A stretch of DNA of 64,000 bases from NCBI RefSeq assembly GCF_000143415.4, contig NW_003314285.1:647370-711369 (forward strand). Direction: 5' to 3'. Below are positions 60,605-64,000 of this stretch, piece after piece. Every line of letters begins with the position of its first letter. Position 1 is the first letter of the stretch. Origin of the DNA: Selaginella moellendorffii (Eukaryota; Plantae; Lycopodiophyta). The notes beneath the pieces were generated by a model. The model saw only the letters and a program-made list of their open reading frames with translations. It was not told the origin of the DNA and searched no databases. The position numbers were made by a program, and so were the translations under genes.

Positions 60605-63600
60605 CACTATTGTTAGAATAGTGTGATTTGGTAGCTATTGGATTGGAACCACTCACTCCTGTATATAAGTTAAAATTTTGGGTTATTAAATTTGTATATT
60701 TTTATATTCATGGATGAACTATTCTTGAGAACTAGTAACACCAAATTTTTGTTAGTAAATACATTTTAATTATTGATTTAGTTTCTTGTCCTCCAGTGAC
60801 TATTAGAGAATTTGTCATACTAACATTTGGCATTAAATAGTACTTGCTTCATAAGATTTAAGGAATAAGTTAAGATGAAAAATCATTTGTCCTCTTTCAA
60901 CTGTCTTCTTATCAATGCTAATCTTTACTCAATATATAAAATGTTTACAATAACTTAAAACTAAGTCTGTATTGGTAATGAACCTTTGCCATCCATGCCC
61001 ATAGTATATACTTCTTGAATCTGCTGTTTTTCCAGAGGCTAAGATCAACGACTGTGGCATTTGCCTCTACAACAAAACAAAACAGCCAATCATGGAGTAG
61101 AGAGCTGGAGTTCCATGAGGAGCAAATTCTTGACATCATTCATGCACTCCCCGGTCTTTTATTTTTGACGATTTACCAAGGGCAATTTACCAATTGTAGC
61201 ATTTGAAGAATGTCTTTTTCTGGCTCTAAGTACCCGACCTCACCACTTCCGACCTTTGTGCCTGTGCACGTCGTGCTTGAACATATGCACTGTGTGCTTC
61301 AGCACACTTGTTATCCCACCAGGAGCTGGTTGGTAGACTTTTTCCTCTGTACCACTGCGGCTGCCGATGCGAGGGCATGAGTATGCTCGCTGTTCCGGGC
61401 GAGTAAAAGATGTCAGCAATTCCCAGTGTGCATGAAGAATTCTGTGAAAGGCTTGAAGTTGGCCAGAGTCCCACTTTCCGATTAACGGTTCACATTGCAT
61501 ATGGTAGTTCTTTTTGTGTGTTGTGTGGGAAAGAGGCATTTTGAGTGCAATTACACGGTGGTTCGACTTTGCTTGCTAGTCTGTGTCATCTATTACAGCG
61601 GCTGTTCTTTCTGGGCACAAAATGTAGTCCACCGTGCTGCTGCTCCCCTGTGAGCGGAGGATTCACAAGTAAATCCTGGTTCCATTGAGAATAAGTAGAT
61701 TGATCGTTTAGTTTCTGTGCATAGAGCCGATCCCGTTGTGTGGCCCTGTCCATCACTTGGAGGCAATCGTCCTGAAGGTAAGCTAGGCCAATGGGAAATC
61801 ACCCATGACTACAAGATAAGCATAGAACTATAGACTAGTCTCCATTGTGTTTTGGCACAAAGAGAACTACCTTTTGGGAGACACTCTTGCTGTTTAAGCA
61901 ATGAGCGACTGCCCACTAGAGTTTGTGGAGACCTAAGAGTTCTGGGATTTCTCCAACCGTTGAAGTGAGTATGTGAATGACAAAATGGAGAGGGTGGCCC
62001 AGTCGCCACTTTCTTGCCATTGGCATCAAGCTAGACAATCATATCTTGGCAACCAGTTTTTCTTGCTACTTTCCTCCAACCTGGGTACATGCTCAGGCAA
62101 CATCATTTGGCAATCTAGCAAGTGCAACCCAGCCCTTATACCTGTGCTCCATATTAAGCTGATGACTGCTGCTGGAACTTCACGCTCTTTCTTCCTAAGA
62201 ATAACGCCCTCCTGGCAATGAAAGAACTACGGAGACGTCTCTCAAGCTTCAATTTCTTGTGGAGAAAGAGGAGCATGAAAATGTGGATCCAGATACCATA
62301 TATTGCAGCTCTCGTCACAGTCGTACAAATGGATCAATGCCTCTCACAGTTAGTCATGGTAATAAGGTCTTCAAGGTCCAACTGACTAACAGGATGTTTC
62401 AAGCGGGGTTGGCATTTTTGAGATAATTACAACGACCTCCAGCAGCAAAAGTGATAATCTCATCGGAGATTTGACATGTTCGAGGCGTTTGGTGTATTTC
62501 TGAACAAAGCCAAAGAAAATCAGCCCAGTCATCCCTCATATGATCCTCTGCAGCACCCATGAGAGTGGAACAACAGTGGTATTGATCCCCCACTAATTTT
62601 GCCCCATAAAATAAGTTATAATTTTGATATTGGGTCAAATACCTGTTGGCCTTATACTTATCAACTTATAAGTGGTCCTGATCAGTTTTTTGAAACTTAT
62701 CTCCCTGAAGGGAATAGTTTGCATTCGAATGACAATGGAATCAATTTGTGACCTTAAATTATATGATAAAAATTATTTACCAAAAAAAAGTAATATGGGA
62801 AAGTACTAACTGCTATTTGCAAATAAAATCAAGCGGAAGAAAAAGTCCCCACCAGTTCCTTCTCGCACGGTGAAGGAAGGCCGTGTGGCCTTTGTGTTGG
62901 AAGATGAACGAACCTTCCGACCACGCAGCCAGCAAATCGTTATAAAATTTGAAGTAAACCAAGAACGAGGGCGTTGCTTGGATTTGGAGTCGGATTGAAC
63001 TTGTGGAAAAGCAATCTGGCAAACCAGAGAGCTGGGTCTACATCTGCTGAGACATAGTAGTTCGTCAAGTGGATTGAACGAAAATAGCTCAGATGCCTTG
63101 GGTTGTGGCTGTGGACCCACGGCTCTCGTAGAACTTTGTATCCAAAGAGCTTGGTCCATTCTGCTCCATTCATAGTAGCAGCAGCATGTGCAAGCCATTC
63201 CTCGGGAGTAGGCATCTCAGGCTGGATGGTTGTGTTGCTCGTCATGGATTTGTTTTCCATGGACATTGGGCGTGAGCGGTGATGGGGTGATCTGGAGTGA
63301 TTGGAGGCAAGCGGGAGCGCGAGTTAGAGTGACGGTGTGATCCCAGAGGTGACCTCGAGCCATGACGGCGAAATTCCATGAGGTATGGTCTTGAGTGGCA
63401 TGTAAGCGCCCTTCCTCGATATGGCATGTAGTGCTGGTGTTCTCTCCCACGTTGTTGCGCAGTTTTGGAGTACTGCACTTGCGCTGGGATGCTTGCATTG
63501 GTGACATTAATTGAGATGGGAAGGCGTGCAGGACTGTTTGCACATGAGACGGATTGGGCAGCACGGTGGCACCACGCTGGGAGATTGTGCTGATGGAAGA

Positions 63601-63651
63601 GGCACTATTGTGGTGAATTGAAAGAAAAAGAAAAAGGAAAAAGGAAGAGGC

Positions 63652-64000
63652 GCATCTTGGCAACTTGCCGCAGCATTCCAGATCGCGGGAGAAGATCAAT
63701 AACGCACTCGTAGCGATCTCCTGTCCAGTCCATTTCTACGGAGCCGTGACGACACCATCGAGCAGCAACCCGGCATCGCTACAAGCCGATAGGACGCTCT
63801 TGAAAGTCACGTGGTCCATGGATCTGGATCGCGCTAAACAGCTCCACTGCTTCTCCGACCTTGTCCGGATTCCTCTCAAAAAGTGCTCTCGCGGTGGAGA
63901 GCCTTCCATAGAGGCTCACCAGTGCAGTGGCGAGGAACGCATCTGGCTCCACTCCAGCGGCAACTATATCATAGTGGATGATCCTGCCGAGCTCAAACCA
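63652..64000 (-). pseudogene. Paralogous pseudogene of the PPR-E gene at 25799-27829 (continues beyond the window)
   Basis: High identity to ~26010-26456 with several short frameshifting deletions; homology ends abruptly near 63650. Confidence 0.9.

Noticed and set aside
61000-62700. L1 LINE remnant
   Set aside because: No RT, endonuclease or zf-RVT motifs could be confirmed.

Overview
Eukaryotic plant nuclear DNA, most likely a lycophyte such as Selaginella. This is inferred from the 50-60 nt introns, a DYW:WW/LL-type PPR editing factor, an SS-motif-rich PLS PPR gene and a Tat-type gypsy element with RNase H placed before RT. Order of features: (1) a 1022-aa DDE transposase-like ORF (Sola1/DUF7869-like) with tandem En/Spm-like N-terminal modules and about 10 copies of a 22-bp palindrome, two of them inside the coding sequence; (2) a ~12.5-kb nest of a degenerate gypsy family containing an intact 654-bp TRIM; (3) a gene island with a divergent eIF4A-like relic, PPR-DYW, a secreted LRR protein and PPR-E; (4) AT-rich TE debris (solo TRIM LTR, gypsy, LINE and CACTA remnants) and a PLAC8 pseudogene; (5) a 9-kb Tat-like LTR retrotransposon with PR-aRH-RT-RH-INT order, abutting a remorin pseudogene; (6) a PDR/ABCG transporter gene whose first exon is inverted on the opposite strand; (7) unassigned coding-like DNA and a deletion-riddled copy of the PPR-E gene. 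The most notable signals are the palindrome-laced chimeric transposase and the inverted PDR exon 1. All family calls come from motif recognition by eye; no searches were run.
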